Shown one piece after another: positions 17,401 through 25,239 of a stretch of DNA of 34,488 nucleotides. Location: NCBI GenBank assembly GCA_045606125.1, contig JAZURH010000342.1:1-34488 (forward strand). Reading direction: 5' to 3'. Position numbers and translations under genes: made by a program. The stretch's first letter is position 1. Each line of letters starts with the position of its first letter. Origin of the DNA: Lentisphaeria bacterium. GTDB taxonomy: Bacteria; Verrucomicrobiota; Lentisphaeria; Oligosphaerales; Oligosphaeraceae. Below the pieces are notes generated by a model, which made no database searches, had not been told where the DNA came from, and saw nothing but the letters and a program-made list of their open reading frames with translations.

Positions 17401-20172
17401 AGGTTCCGGGTGAAAAGGACACGGGGAGCCGGATTCAATTTCTTCTACAATATACTTTCCGAAGACGGAAAGAAGATAATCGGCCGCTATTATCACAGGA
17501 TTTCAGGAACTGATTTTTCAAGAGGTCCCTGGAAGAAGACCGGTGAGACGGAAATACCTGTATTTGAAGGTGCTCTAACAGGCACCGATGGATGGTCAGA
17601 TGTCACAGTATGGCTTCCCCGCTGGATACGAACAAGCGAGGCCGGGGATGCCAAACATCTTGTCAAGGTCGGCGGATTCGGATTGGAGCAGTTCGATTTC
17701 ATGGCTTCCGGAATTGCTGGTAATGCGCCAGGTGATGCCTACGCCGTATGCGATTTCAGACCCATATTCTATAAACGGCCTGAAGTAGTCGTCGGCAAGG
17801 ATGTACGGGCAAATGCCAGACAGGGCCTGACGGGAAGCCGTCCTCCCATGACAATGGATGCCAAGGTTCTGGCCGGACAGCTGGAAAAATGCGCCCAGGG
17901 GACCGACAACCCCTGCGCCTATGTAGATTTAAACAAAGGCGGCTCAGCATTGACTGCAATAGTTGAATGGCTGCCTTCCCACGATGAAGCGGATGTGAAG
18001 GTCGAATGGGCCGACGGCAGATTTGATACAGTAGCCGTGAAAAGCGGAAGACCATATTGTGACTACCGCCTGGAGAATATGAAACTTAAGTTCAACGGCG
18101 CTGATTTAAAACTGATCCATGACAAGCGGGGCGACGCCATTGCAACAGCGGTGATTCCGCGCAATGACGGTGCCGTCGCAAAGTTCGCCGGAGGGAAACT
18201 GGATTTTGAACTTAACCTGGGAAAAAACAATGTCAGGCATTTCCAGCTTGAAACCGGGGATGCAAAACGGGGAAACGCGCCCCCTGCACTTATGAAAATT
18301 GATGGATTCACGCCATTGTGGCTTGGCTTTGAAGAGGAAACTATTCCATCTGCCCTGGTTCGCCAGGGTGAACCGCGCATGATGTTCGATCATGATCCGG
18401 AGACCGGAAGGCATATGATCATAAACAACTATCCCGGCAACGGCGGGTTAAGGACCCAGTATAAGCAAAGTTATTCCATTGCAGAATATCCGGTGATGTT
18501 CCTGCGGTACAATGCCGATGATATGTGCCATGTATCGCTTATATATGGTCACAATTATATCCGCCTGGGGGCCCAGAGCAGCAGAGACAGCCGCAATGTG
18601 CGTTTTGCAAAACCTCTGGAGCAGGACGGTAAATGGCATTCATGGCTGGGCTTTGCAGCTGACGGATTCGTCAACCGAAACTACAATACCAGAAAATATT
18701 CCGTATCCGAATTTACGATAGGGACCGGAAGAGGAGCAGACCAGACAGGAGTCTACAGCAGATTGAAACTGGATGACATCATGGCTGGACCGGCAGTCAA
18801 TTCAGCAGAAAATCTGGCATTTACTCCCACATATTTTGATTTTGACGGCGTGGAGCGGATTGAATATGCATTTTTCAACGGGGAATTGTTCTATGACGGC
18901 AGGGAATTGAACTGGAGCAAAGCTGCACCAGGCGCCAAGATCCAGCCGGTTCTGCCAAAGGATGTCAAGGATGGACTGGCCAGCATACTTGTACGTGCGG
19001 TTGACAAGAGGGGCAATATTTCACCCGTGACACAACTTCCTTTCCTGCTGGACAGGAAGCCTCCCAAAGTCGAAATGGCAGTTGTGACTACTGACCGGCC
19101 GGAACTGAACGGCAAAATGCTGCGGATCAAGGTCGACAAGCATGGAGGAGCTCCGCTGAATCTTGCAAAAGCAGTGTACAAGACATCGGAAAAAAAACTG
19201 GGGATTTCCAGCTGGTCCAATGAATATGACAATACCGAAAACCATGACATCGCATTCCTTAACTACCCCTTCATACTCAGGCGCCAGCTTGATAAGACTC
19301 CGGATGGAGGGACTGTGGATTTCCAGATGTGCGGCATAGAAGACGGTGCTGGAAACAAATGTCCGGATCATTCATATAAGATCAAGGTAAATTTTGCGGG
19401 TGACAAGCGCGGTCCCAGCTGGCACAGCCTTGTGCCCGATGACGGCTATGTCATAGCGCATAACTGGGATGGAACGCAAGTCGCAAACAGTAAGTTTTTC
19501 CACAGCGGAGGCGGACAGGAACTGAGAATCGTAAATGAGGCGGCATCATCCCCGTTCCTGAGGCATTACGGCTATTCAAGAAATGCCAGCTTGATCTGCA
19601 ATATAACGTGGGAACCTGCCAAGACCCCCTGGATGGGCTTCAGGCTGTCAACCACAACACACAGAAAGAATACCTGGACAAGGCTGGTTCTTACCGCCGA
19701 GGACAACAGGCATTTCATTATTTCGCTCACGGCGCCCAGCAAGGAGGCTAATGAACTCAATACAAAACAGACATTCCAGTGGGAAAACAACAAATGGATC
19801 AACTTCTCCTTCAATGTGCTCCAGATGCTCAGGGACAAGAAAATCCCCGATGCGGACAAGATCAAGTTCAAATCCATTACATTCCTGAGAACTGGCATGA
19901 AGCACAGGGATAATCTGCAGCTGGATGACTTCTTTATCATGGGACCACCGGTAAAGAAGCGGGACTGCAGGATAATTGCATTTGACGAAAGCGGCGTGGC
20001 ATCCATAGACATATATGACGGCGATGCTATTGTAAAAACATTGAAAATTGGATCGGACTATTACAATCTGGATGATCTTCGCACAGACAAATTGAGATGG
20101 CTGCGCCTGATAGCAAAGGACAAGGTCGGCAATGTTTCCATTCCATGCTGGCTGCCCATCGCACCAAAATGA
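14437..20172 (+). CDS. Giant secreted protein (1911 aa) with repeated concanavalin-A-like/LamG (DUF1080-like) jelly-roll modules, a Pro-rich linker and C-terminal Ig-like modules
   Basis: The signal peptide is MKLHHTLCAAILVCLSAFASDGW. At least five segments have a LamG/DUF1080-type pattern, for example YTLTASLQPEGGEAGIAFLCRG...FYALTLYRENDGEIRLWKY...GRIGLFAKTPEETRFDDVKL and FEGDMTLEFYAG...GTLGIWTFDHSMTLAQIKITYEKM. The linker is LLPAEIPAPAKPAAPEQWD. Three D-x-x-G-N motifs typical of bacterial Ig-like domains occur late in the protein: AVDKRGNIS, IEDGAGNKC and AKDKVGNVS. The CDS call is strong; the domain calls are pattern-based. Confidence 0.8.
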   Translation: MKLHHTLCAAILVCLSAFASDGWTELMQFRKPEGNLVFKMAGRPGVPPVKLRISGAERKAVINMGDGSWNISCTDDKGTGISLPAPVDHGRAENASEYEVLVKFREEWWAYYINGMLCGEMQAPMDLEGCRLEWPNDSRVQLSAPMDFQITARPSFQSDFMIEPGAKDELQPWKKEYGNWHIHTALLESKDRPETDQGTMKRTPPSADKSPNFYSLKGGGKEEDCLLTTGSDLFDNYTLTASLQPEGGEAGIAFLCRGSGKDTTFYALTLYRENDGEIRLWKYENGKRTNLVRVAVPLYDKQWYLPGVSLRNGEITATLDNALLFRYRGRIPANGRIGLFAKTPEETRFDDVKLSSNGDFALENENDLAANTVFATPGMVRLAEKPGEVSLPQAGFSFNVKAGETDEMLALGRAHCASSVFSARIDSEKAGLVAGWRGNGQPYYVFLRTRKGRNADYELIRFAPGGKSVLDRFSAPWRDGDELLVEISASGMLKCCSSDAMIFRRDDVKPGAAGLFVPAGSSAEFSGILMSRERKRAYERLQENKVFENDPFMRHWAAAEGQWIGGGGDIMYHKGDFFGDFNMTLPYLAGGEIHFGLADGAKEGALKLVLAEKEIKISGPDEYTETFAIAPQKADGTINVKLEGYWLDVSCSGKPIMSRRLEMPLREYGTRVLTRKYTSKIMEKSSVTRMNVIDDFFSESPHDWLVNGGDWQIINRFQCTASWSHMISHSLESMGAFWRKQRFEGDMTLEFYAGTRHGYYHKAGNMNCTIMAKDNTPSSGYTVTCSEWDHNNSQNWTVLYRNGIRMTRSDAYMVPRRRMGTYRRIHNPLIARGRDIHGAWYYMKLRKIGNKIEYWFDDELVMTANDDDVLKEGTLGIWTFDHSMTLAQIKITYEKMVNKQHDVKLLPAEIPAPAKPAAPEQWDATAGGFPLNAMESRYWKYSDAVAQGKAEQFALNTDGIMVVNNLGAGDMKISAELPALKLADVAGFRFRVKRTRGAGFNFFYNILSEDGKKIIGRYYHRISGTDFSRGPWKKTGETEIPVFEGALTGTDGWSDVTVWLPRWIRTSEAGDAKHLVKVGGFGLEQFDFMASGIAGNAPGDAYAVCDFRPIFYKRPEVVVGKDVRANARQGLTGSRPPMTMDAKVLAGQLEKCAQGTDNPCAYVDLNKGGSALTAIVEWLPSHDEADVKVEWADGRFDTVAVKSGRPYCDYRLENMKLKFNGADLKLIHDKRGDAIATAVIPRNDGAVAKFAGGKLDFELNLGKNNVRHFQLETGDAKRGNAPPALMKIDGFTPLWLGFEEETIPSALVRQGEPRMMFDHDPETGRHMIINNYPGNGGLRTQYKQSYSIAEYPVMFLRYNADDMCHVSLIYGHNYIRLGAQSSRDSRNVRFAKPLEQDGKWHSWLGFAADGFVNRNYNTRKYSVSEFTIGTGRGADQTGVYSRLKLDDIMAGPAVNSAENLAFTPTYFDFDGVERIEYAFFNGELFYDGRELNWSKAAPGAKIQPVLPKDVKDGLASILVRAVDKRGNISPVTQLPFLLDRKPPKVEMAVVTTDRPELNGKMLRIKVDKHGGAPLNLAKAVYKTSEKKLGISSWSNEYDNTENHDIAFLNYPFILRRQLDKTPDGGTVDFQMCGIEDGAGNKCPDHSYKIKVNFAGDKRGPSWHSLVPDDGYVIAHNWDGTQVANSKFFHSGGGQELRIVNEAASSPFLRHYGYSRNASLICNITWEPAKTPWMGFRLSTTTHRKNTWTRLVLTAEDNRHFIISLTAPSKEANELNTKQTFQWENNKWINFSFNVLQMLRDKKIPDADKIKFKSITFLRTGMKHRDNLQLDDFFIMGPPVKKRDCRIIAFDESGVASIDIYDGDAIVKTLKIGSDYYNLDDLRTDKLRWLRLIAKDKVGNVSIPCWLPIAPK

Positions 20173-20194
20173 CTGTTTGAATAAAGGAGAATAC

Positions 20195-20932
20195 ATGACA
20201 CGGATAGCATTTATCAGCGATATACACTCAAATATAGATGCCCTGCAGGCGGTGCTGGCCCATATTGATGCAAAGGGGGCTGATATGACTGTCTGCCTGG
20301 GAGACATTGTCGGCTACGGTCCCTGCCCTGTGGAATGCATACAGGAAATACGTAAACGGGAAATACAGAGTGTGATGGGAAACCATGACGAATATGTCAC
20401 TTTGCTTATGGATCCCAAGGTGGAAAAACTGAGGCCGGACATAAAACAGGCAGTGGAATGGACTCAGATGCAGCTTTCAATGGAGGACCTGAAATGGCTC
20501 AGCAAGCTGCCTATGAGAATGGATGCGGATGAGTTTTCCATTCTGCATTCGTCCTTCGCCCCGATAAAATGGTCCTACTGCCTGGATGAGCGCAGTTTCA
20601 AAAACAATTTTGCCTATCAGAACTGCCAGCTGGCATTCTGCGGGCACAGCCACAGTCCGCTTGTGGGAATGGATATCCCCGGCGATGAACCGCAACTGGA
20701 TTTCTACGAAAAACCCAAAATACTGCCTGCGGACAGGAAAGTCATGGTGAATGTGGGATCAGTTGGACAGCCGAGAGACAGAAATCCCAAGGCATGCGTG
20801 GTGTTTTACGAACTTGAGCAGCGTAAAGTCTGGCTGGAGAGAGTGGAATACGATGTAGAGGCGGCAAAAGCGCGTTTTGAGGCAGCAGGATTGCCGGAGC
20901 GTTTCGGGAAGCGCATTATTGACGGTAAATAA
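20195..20932 (+). CDS. Metallophosphoesterase (calcineurin-like, YfcE/MJ0936-type)
   Basis: Matching motifs are FISDIHSN, CLGDIVGYG, GNHD, CGHSH and NVGSVGQPRD. I prefer the start at MTRIAF (ATG 20195) because AAAGGAGA lies 5-6 nt upstream and the listed upstream extension overlaps the preceding gene. Confidence 0.85.
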   Translation: MTRIAFISDIHSNIDALQAVLAHIDAKGADMTVCLGDIVGYGPCPVECIQEIRKREIQSVMGNHDEYVTLLMDPKVEKLRPDIKQAVEWTQMQLSMEDLKWLSKLPMRMDADEFSILHSSFAPIKWSYCLDERSFKNNFAYQNCQLAFCGHSHSPLVGMDIPGDEPQLDFYEKPKILPADRKVMVNVGSVGQPRDRNPKACVVFYELEQRKVWLERVEYDVEAAKARFEAAGLPERFGKRIIDGK

Positions 20933-20944
20933 TAAATTGCGTTT

Positions 20945-22954
20945 ATGACATATATAAAAAGGATGGCAATCATGGTTTTGACAGCCGGCTTGATGGCGCT
21001 GGCCGGTTCCGGTCCCCGGGTCAGCGATGTTGAATTTTACAATGCTCTTGATCTGGACATGCCCGGCCTCGAACAGGTCTCAAAAGCAGCCAATGCAAAG
21101 GATTATGACAAAGCAGGCAAGGCGCTGGCAGCATATTACAGAAATCGCCAGACTCCGTTATGGTTTGTATCATGGAGAGACAGGCCTGCACCGAAGAAGA
21201 CGCCCGGTGTCCGGATCATCAGGGATGCCGAGGAGGTTATGGCCCACAGATTGACCAGCGTCGGCGTAAAGCACCAGTTCGGTCCCCGCATAGACTGGTC
21301 TGCAAATCCCATGAAAAACAAATACAAAGAATGGACTTGGCAGCTGAGCAGGCATGACTGCTGGGAAAAGCTGCGCATTGCTTACTGGCATACGGGAGAT
21401 GACAAATATGCCGCCGAATTTGCAAAGCAGATGATCGGATGGGTGGAAGACAACCCTCCTCCTTCAGACTGGGGAAATTATCCTGGTTCAAGATGGCGTA
21501 CCATTGAGGCCGGCATCAGAAACATGTCAAGCTGGCCGAATTGCTTCTTTGGGTTCTTAGGCTCGCCTTCATTTGATGACAGTGCCATTGTGATTATGCT
21601 GAAGTCCTTCTACGACCATGCCGTCCATCTGAAAAAATATCCCACCAAAGGAAACTGGCTTTGCATGGAAATGTGCGGTCTTTATAATATCGGCGTGCTT
21701 TTCCCAGAATTCAGAGATGCGGAGAAATGGAGGGATTTTGCATTGAAGACCCTTTATGCCGAAATGGAGATACAGGTATATCCGGACGGAGCGCAGACCG
21801 AGCTTGCGCCGGGATATCACGGAGTATCCCTGGGATGCTTTGAAAAGGTTCTGGAAACTGCAAAATTAAACAAGCTTCCAGTACCCGGGGACTATATGAA
21901 ACGCATTGAAAAAATGTATGACTACTATGTCAAATTCTCCAAGCCGAACAGATGCATGCCTGAATTGAATGACTCGGGCAAAGGATCCGTGGTGCGTTTT
22001 GTTGGAAGAGGAGCAACATATTTTCCGGAAAACGAGCATTTCAAATACATTGCATCAAAGGGCAAAAAAGGAGTTGAACCGCCCTACCGCTCTGTGCTGT
22101 TCCCCTATGCGGGCTGGGTTGTTATGCGTTCAGACTGGTCAGAGGATGCACGCTACATGCTTTTTGATGTAGGGCCCTTCGGAACCGGGCACCAGCATGA
22201 AGACAAGCTCTCCATTCTGATTCACGCCTACGGCAGTGACCTGCTCAGCGAAGGCGGAATATATGAGTACGATAATTCAATCTGGAGAAAATATGTTCTT
22301 TTGACTTATGCACATAATACGGCAGTGGTGGATGGATTGTCGCAGGCAAGAGGCGGAAATACAGAACTCTACAGGACTGAAAAACCCCTGAAGAGTAATC
22401 TTATAGTGGATGGAGACATGGAATATGCCTGGGGTATCTATAAGGATGGATACGGGTATAATGAGCACACTCAGGTTACTCATTTCAGATCCGTCACATT
22501 TGTTAAAGGCCGTTTCTGGGTTCTGGCAGATGTATTTACGCCCGGAGATGATGCAACTCATACATACACAAGCATATTCCATTTTGATACACCTGAAGCC
22601 GTTGTGGATAAAAAGTCGAAGACTGTGCGTTCAAATAATCAGGAAAAGGCAAATCTTGCGATAATTCCCGTTATTCCTGAGGGACTTGGACTTGAAGTCG
22701 TGACCGGAGAGAACAAAAACGGCATGCCTCAGGGATGGATCAGGGAAAAGCCGTACAAGATGCGCCCGGTCGCCACGCCCATGTTCAGCCGCACAACGGC
22801 CGGTGTATGCACGGAAGTATACATACTGTATCCACTGAAGGCCGGAGAAGATAATCCGATTGACAAGGCAACGTTCAGCAATAGAACAGTTGACATTAAA
22901 TTGAAAAACGGTGAAAGTTTCAAAATAAGACCATTGTTGGAGCCTAAGGAGTAA
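20945..22954 (+). CDS. Secreted heparinase II/III-family polysaccharide lyase
   Basis: The signal-like N-terminus is MTYIKRMAIMVLTAGLMALAGSG. An alginate-lyase-like alpha/alpha toroid region reads WTWQLSRHDCWEKLRIAYWHTGDDKYAAEFAKQMIGWVEDNPP, RWRTIEAGIR and NWLCMEMCGL. YPDGAQTELAPGYHG follows. The Hepar_II_III C-domain signature is GTGHQHEDKLSILIHAYGSDLL...YAHNTAVVDG. Confidence 0.85.
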   Translation: MTYIKRMAIMVLTAGLMALAGSGPRVSDVEFYNALDLDMPGLEQVSKAANAKDYDKAGKALAAYYRNRQTPLWFVSWRDRPAPKKTPGVRIIRDAEEVMAHRLTSVGVKHQFGPRIDWSANPMKNKYKEWTWQLSRHDCWEKLRIAYWHTGDDKYAAEFAKQMIGWVEDNPPPSDWGNYPGSRWRTIEAGIRNMSSWPNCFFGFLGSPSFDDSAIVIMLKSFYDHAVHLKKYPTKGNWLCMEMCGLYNIGVLFPEFRDAEKWRDFALKTLYAEMEIQVYPDGAQTELAPGYHGVSLGCFEKVLETAKLNKLPVPGDYMKRIEKMYDYYVKFSKPNRCMPELNDSGKGSVVRFVGRGATYFPENEHFKYIASKGKKGVEPPYRSVLFPYAGWVVMRSDWSEDARYMLFDVGPFGTGHQHEDKLSILIHAYGSDLLSEGGIYEYDNSIWRKYVLLTYAHNTAVVDGLSQARGGNTELYRTEKPLKSNLIVDGDMEYAWGIYKDGYGYNEHTQVTHFRSVTFVKGRFWVLADVFTPGDDATHTYTSIFHFDTPEAVVDKKSKTVRSNNQEKANLAIIPVIPEGLGLEVVTGENKNGMPQGWIREKPYKMRPVATPMFSRTTAGVCTEVYILYPLKAGEDNPIDKATFSNRTVDIKLKNGESFKIRPLLEPKE

Positions 22955-22959
22955 AAGAA

Positions 22960-25137
22960 ATGAACATTAGCGATTTACCAGTCGGCGATGCCGGAGCCTG
23001 CATAGAATACAGTTATTTTCCTACGCGTTGGCAGCATTTTCTCTGGCGCAACTGGGGCATAGCTCCGGCAGAGCGCATAGCTGATATACTGGGATGCGAT
23101 GTTGCCAGGGTAAAAGCCGCCGCTGAGGAGCTTGGGCTTCCTTCTTCCCCGGTACTCAGTCCCAAGTGGCTCAGCCATGGATACCTTACCATAATACGCA
23201 AAAACTGGCAGCTGCTGAACTATGAACAGCTGCTTCAGCTTCTGGGATGGAGCGCGGAAAAGCTGGCCTACTCCCTAAAGGAAGAGGATTTCCTTTATCA
23301 CAAGCTGGGAAACCTGAAGCCAATATGCCCGAAAGTCAGCTATACTGAACTCACTCCGGAGCAAAAAGAGGCAACAGCAAAAATAAAGAATATGCTTGGT
23401 TCCTTTATCCCCGCAGAAGAGGCAGATTATAACGAGCATCCGTTCGCATTTGCAGAAAAGTACAAAGCCAGAAAAACTGCGGACGGACGCCAGCGTTTTG
23501 AGTTCAATTTCATTCATTCCTATGCGGCAAGCTGCGGTGATGTGCTGGGCGAAGCAGAAAAGCTGGATCCGGTTCCGGAGAATCTTCTCGAGCAGTATGC
23601 TTCCATGGGAATACAGGGAATATGGATCCATGCCCTGCTGTATCTTCTGTATCCCATTCCGGGGGCGGAAGAGTATTCAGCAGGCCGTGAAAAACGCCTG
23701 GCAAATCTGAAGCGCATAATCGAGCGCTGCGCCCGCTACGGCATAAAGCTGTATCTTTACCTGAACGAACCCCGTTTCATGCCTGCACCATTCTATGACA
23801 AAAAACCGGAATGGAGAGGCATCAAAAAAGACGGTGACGAAGATAATATATGGCATATCTGCACAACGCGCACAAAAGAACCGCTTCAGTGGCTTGAAAG
23901 TGGCCTGAAATGGCTCTTTGCCGAAGCAAAGGGACTGGGGGGCATATTCTGCATCAATCAGTCTGAAAATCCAACAAGCTGCCATTCGCATACTAATTCA
24001 TACGCCTGCCCCTACTGCAGCAAGCATCTGCCTGAGGAAATCGTGTCCGAAGTCATAAGCGCTATGGAAAGAGGCATGCATGCCTCCGCGCCCGAAGCCA
24101 AAATGATTGCATACGACTGGTCATGGACCCGTTTCAGAGGTGATACGGACAATGCTCCTTTCAAGCGTGAAATCATCGACAGGCTCCCGACAGACCTGTA
24201 TTTGAACTGCGTCAGCGAATGGGGCATGAACACAAAGATCGGCGGCGTGAAACAGTATCTGGTGGATTATTCAATTTCCCAGCCCGGTCCCAGCGAAGAG
24301 ACTCTGGAAGTGTGGCGCCATGCCCAGAAGAGGGGCATAAATGCAGTTGCCAAAGTGCAGCTTAACAATTCATGGGAGCTTTCCGCAGTGCCCTATATTC
24401 CGGTACCCTATCTTGTCGAAGAGCATCTCAACAATCTTGAGAAAGCCGGCGTAAAGGGGCTGATGCTGAGCTGGACTCTGGGCGGATATCCCGGAGGAAA
24501 TCTTGAGCTGCTCAAGGCCACGCCGGAAGAAATGGCGGCGGCCCGCTATCACAAGGAAGTGGCGGACATTGTATGCAGGGCAGAAAAGCAGTTCAGCGAA
24601 TCTTTCAGGAACTTCCCCTTTACTGTCGGTGTGATTTACAGAGCGCCCATGAACTATGGACCTATGAACCTGCTTTATCTTGAGCCCAGCGGATACAAGG
24701 CCACCATGGTGGGCTTCCCCTACGATGATCTGAAGGGATGGCGCAGCCTGTATCCGGAGGATATTTTCGAAAATCAGTTCAAGATGCTGACAGAGGGCTG
24801 GAAAGAAGGTTTGAACATCCTTGAAACTGCCGAAGCCAGTCTGACAGAGGCAGAGAAGGCTGATTTCCTGGAATTGAAGACCATGGCGGAAGCGTCATAC
24901 TGCCATTTCCGCAGCACATATATGCAGATATGCTTTGTTCGTGCAAGGGAGGCCGGAAACAAAGAAGGCATGCTTGCCTGTGCAAAGGAGGAACTGGAAT
25001 TGGCACGCTGGCTTTACGGTATAGCCCGCAGGGATTCCCGCATAGGATTCGAGGCAAGCAATCACTATTATTACTCCCTCGGTGACCTGAAGGAAAAAAT
25101 GCTCAACTGCATGCATATCATAGAAAAACTGTCCTGA
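22960..25137 (+). CDS. Uncharacterised cytoplasmic protein, putative clan GH-A-like (beta/alpha)8 glycosidase with a duplicated N-terminal helical module and a C-terminal helical domain
   Basis: No signal peptide. Candidate acid/base motifs are LYLYLNEPRF (E270, nt 23761-23778) or INQSENP (E336). The candidate nucleophile is CVSEWG (E420, nt 24211-24225). A Cys cluster reads CHSHTNSYACPYC (C341/C350/C353). The N-terminal repeat is RNWGIAPAERIADILGCDVARV versus KNWQLLNYEQLLQLLGWSAEKL. The CDS is secure; the function is an inference. Confidence 0.6.
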   Translation: MNISDLPVGDAGACIEYSYFPTRWQHFLWRNWGIAPAERIADILGCDVARVKAAAEELGLPSSPVLSPKWLSHGYLTIIRKNWQLLNYEQLLQLLGWSAEKLAYSLKEEDFLYHKLGNLKPICPKVSYTELTPEQKEATAKIKNMLGSFIPAEEADYNEHPFAFAEKYKARKTADGRQRFEFNFIHSYAASCGDVLGEAEKLDPVPENLLEQYASMGIQGIWIHALLYLLYPIPGAEEYSAGREKRLANLKRIIERCARYGIKLYLYLNEPRFMPAPFYDKKPEWRGIKKDGDEDNIWHICTTRTKEPLQWLESGLKWLFAEAKGLGGIFCINQSENPTSCHSHTNSYACPYCSKHLPEEIVSEVISAMERGMHASAPEAKMIAYDWSWTRFRGDTDNAPFKREIIDRLPTDLYLNCVSEWGMNTKIGGVKQYLVDYSISQPGPSEETLEVWRHAQKRGINAVAKVQLNNSWELSAVPYIPVPYLVEEHLNNLEKAGVKGLMLSWTLGGYPGGNLELLKATPEEMAAARYHKEVADIVCRAEKQFSESFRNFPFTVGVIYRAPMNYGPMNLLYLEPSGYKATMVGFPYDDLKGWRSLYPEDIFENQFKMLTEGWKEGLNILETAEASLTEAEKADFLELKTMAEASYCHFRSTYMQICFVRAREAGNKEGMLACAKEELELARWLYGIARRDSRIGFEASNHYYYSLGDLKEKMLNCMHIIEKLS

Positions 25138-25142
25138 CGGTA

Positions 25143-25189
25143 AATCGAGTAGGAGGTAGGCGAAATAATCGCCTGCCTCCTATTCGATT
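25143..25189. terminator. Long hairpin (21-bp stem, 5-nt loop) between convergent genes; probable bidirectional terminator
   Basis: AATCGAGTAGGAGGTAGGCGA (25143-25163), loop AATAA, then TCGCCTGCCTCCTATTCGATT (25169-25189). All 21 positions pair if two G-U wobbles are allowed. No classic U-tract follows. Confidence 0.55.
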
Positions 25190-25239
25190 GTATGCCTAAC
25201 GACACCATAATCCGGCTTTAAAATATTCAGACTGAAAAA

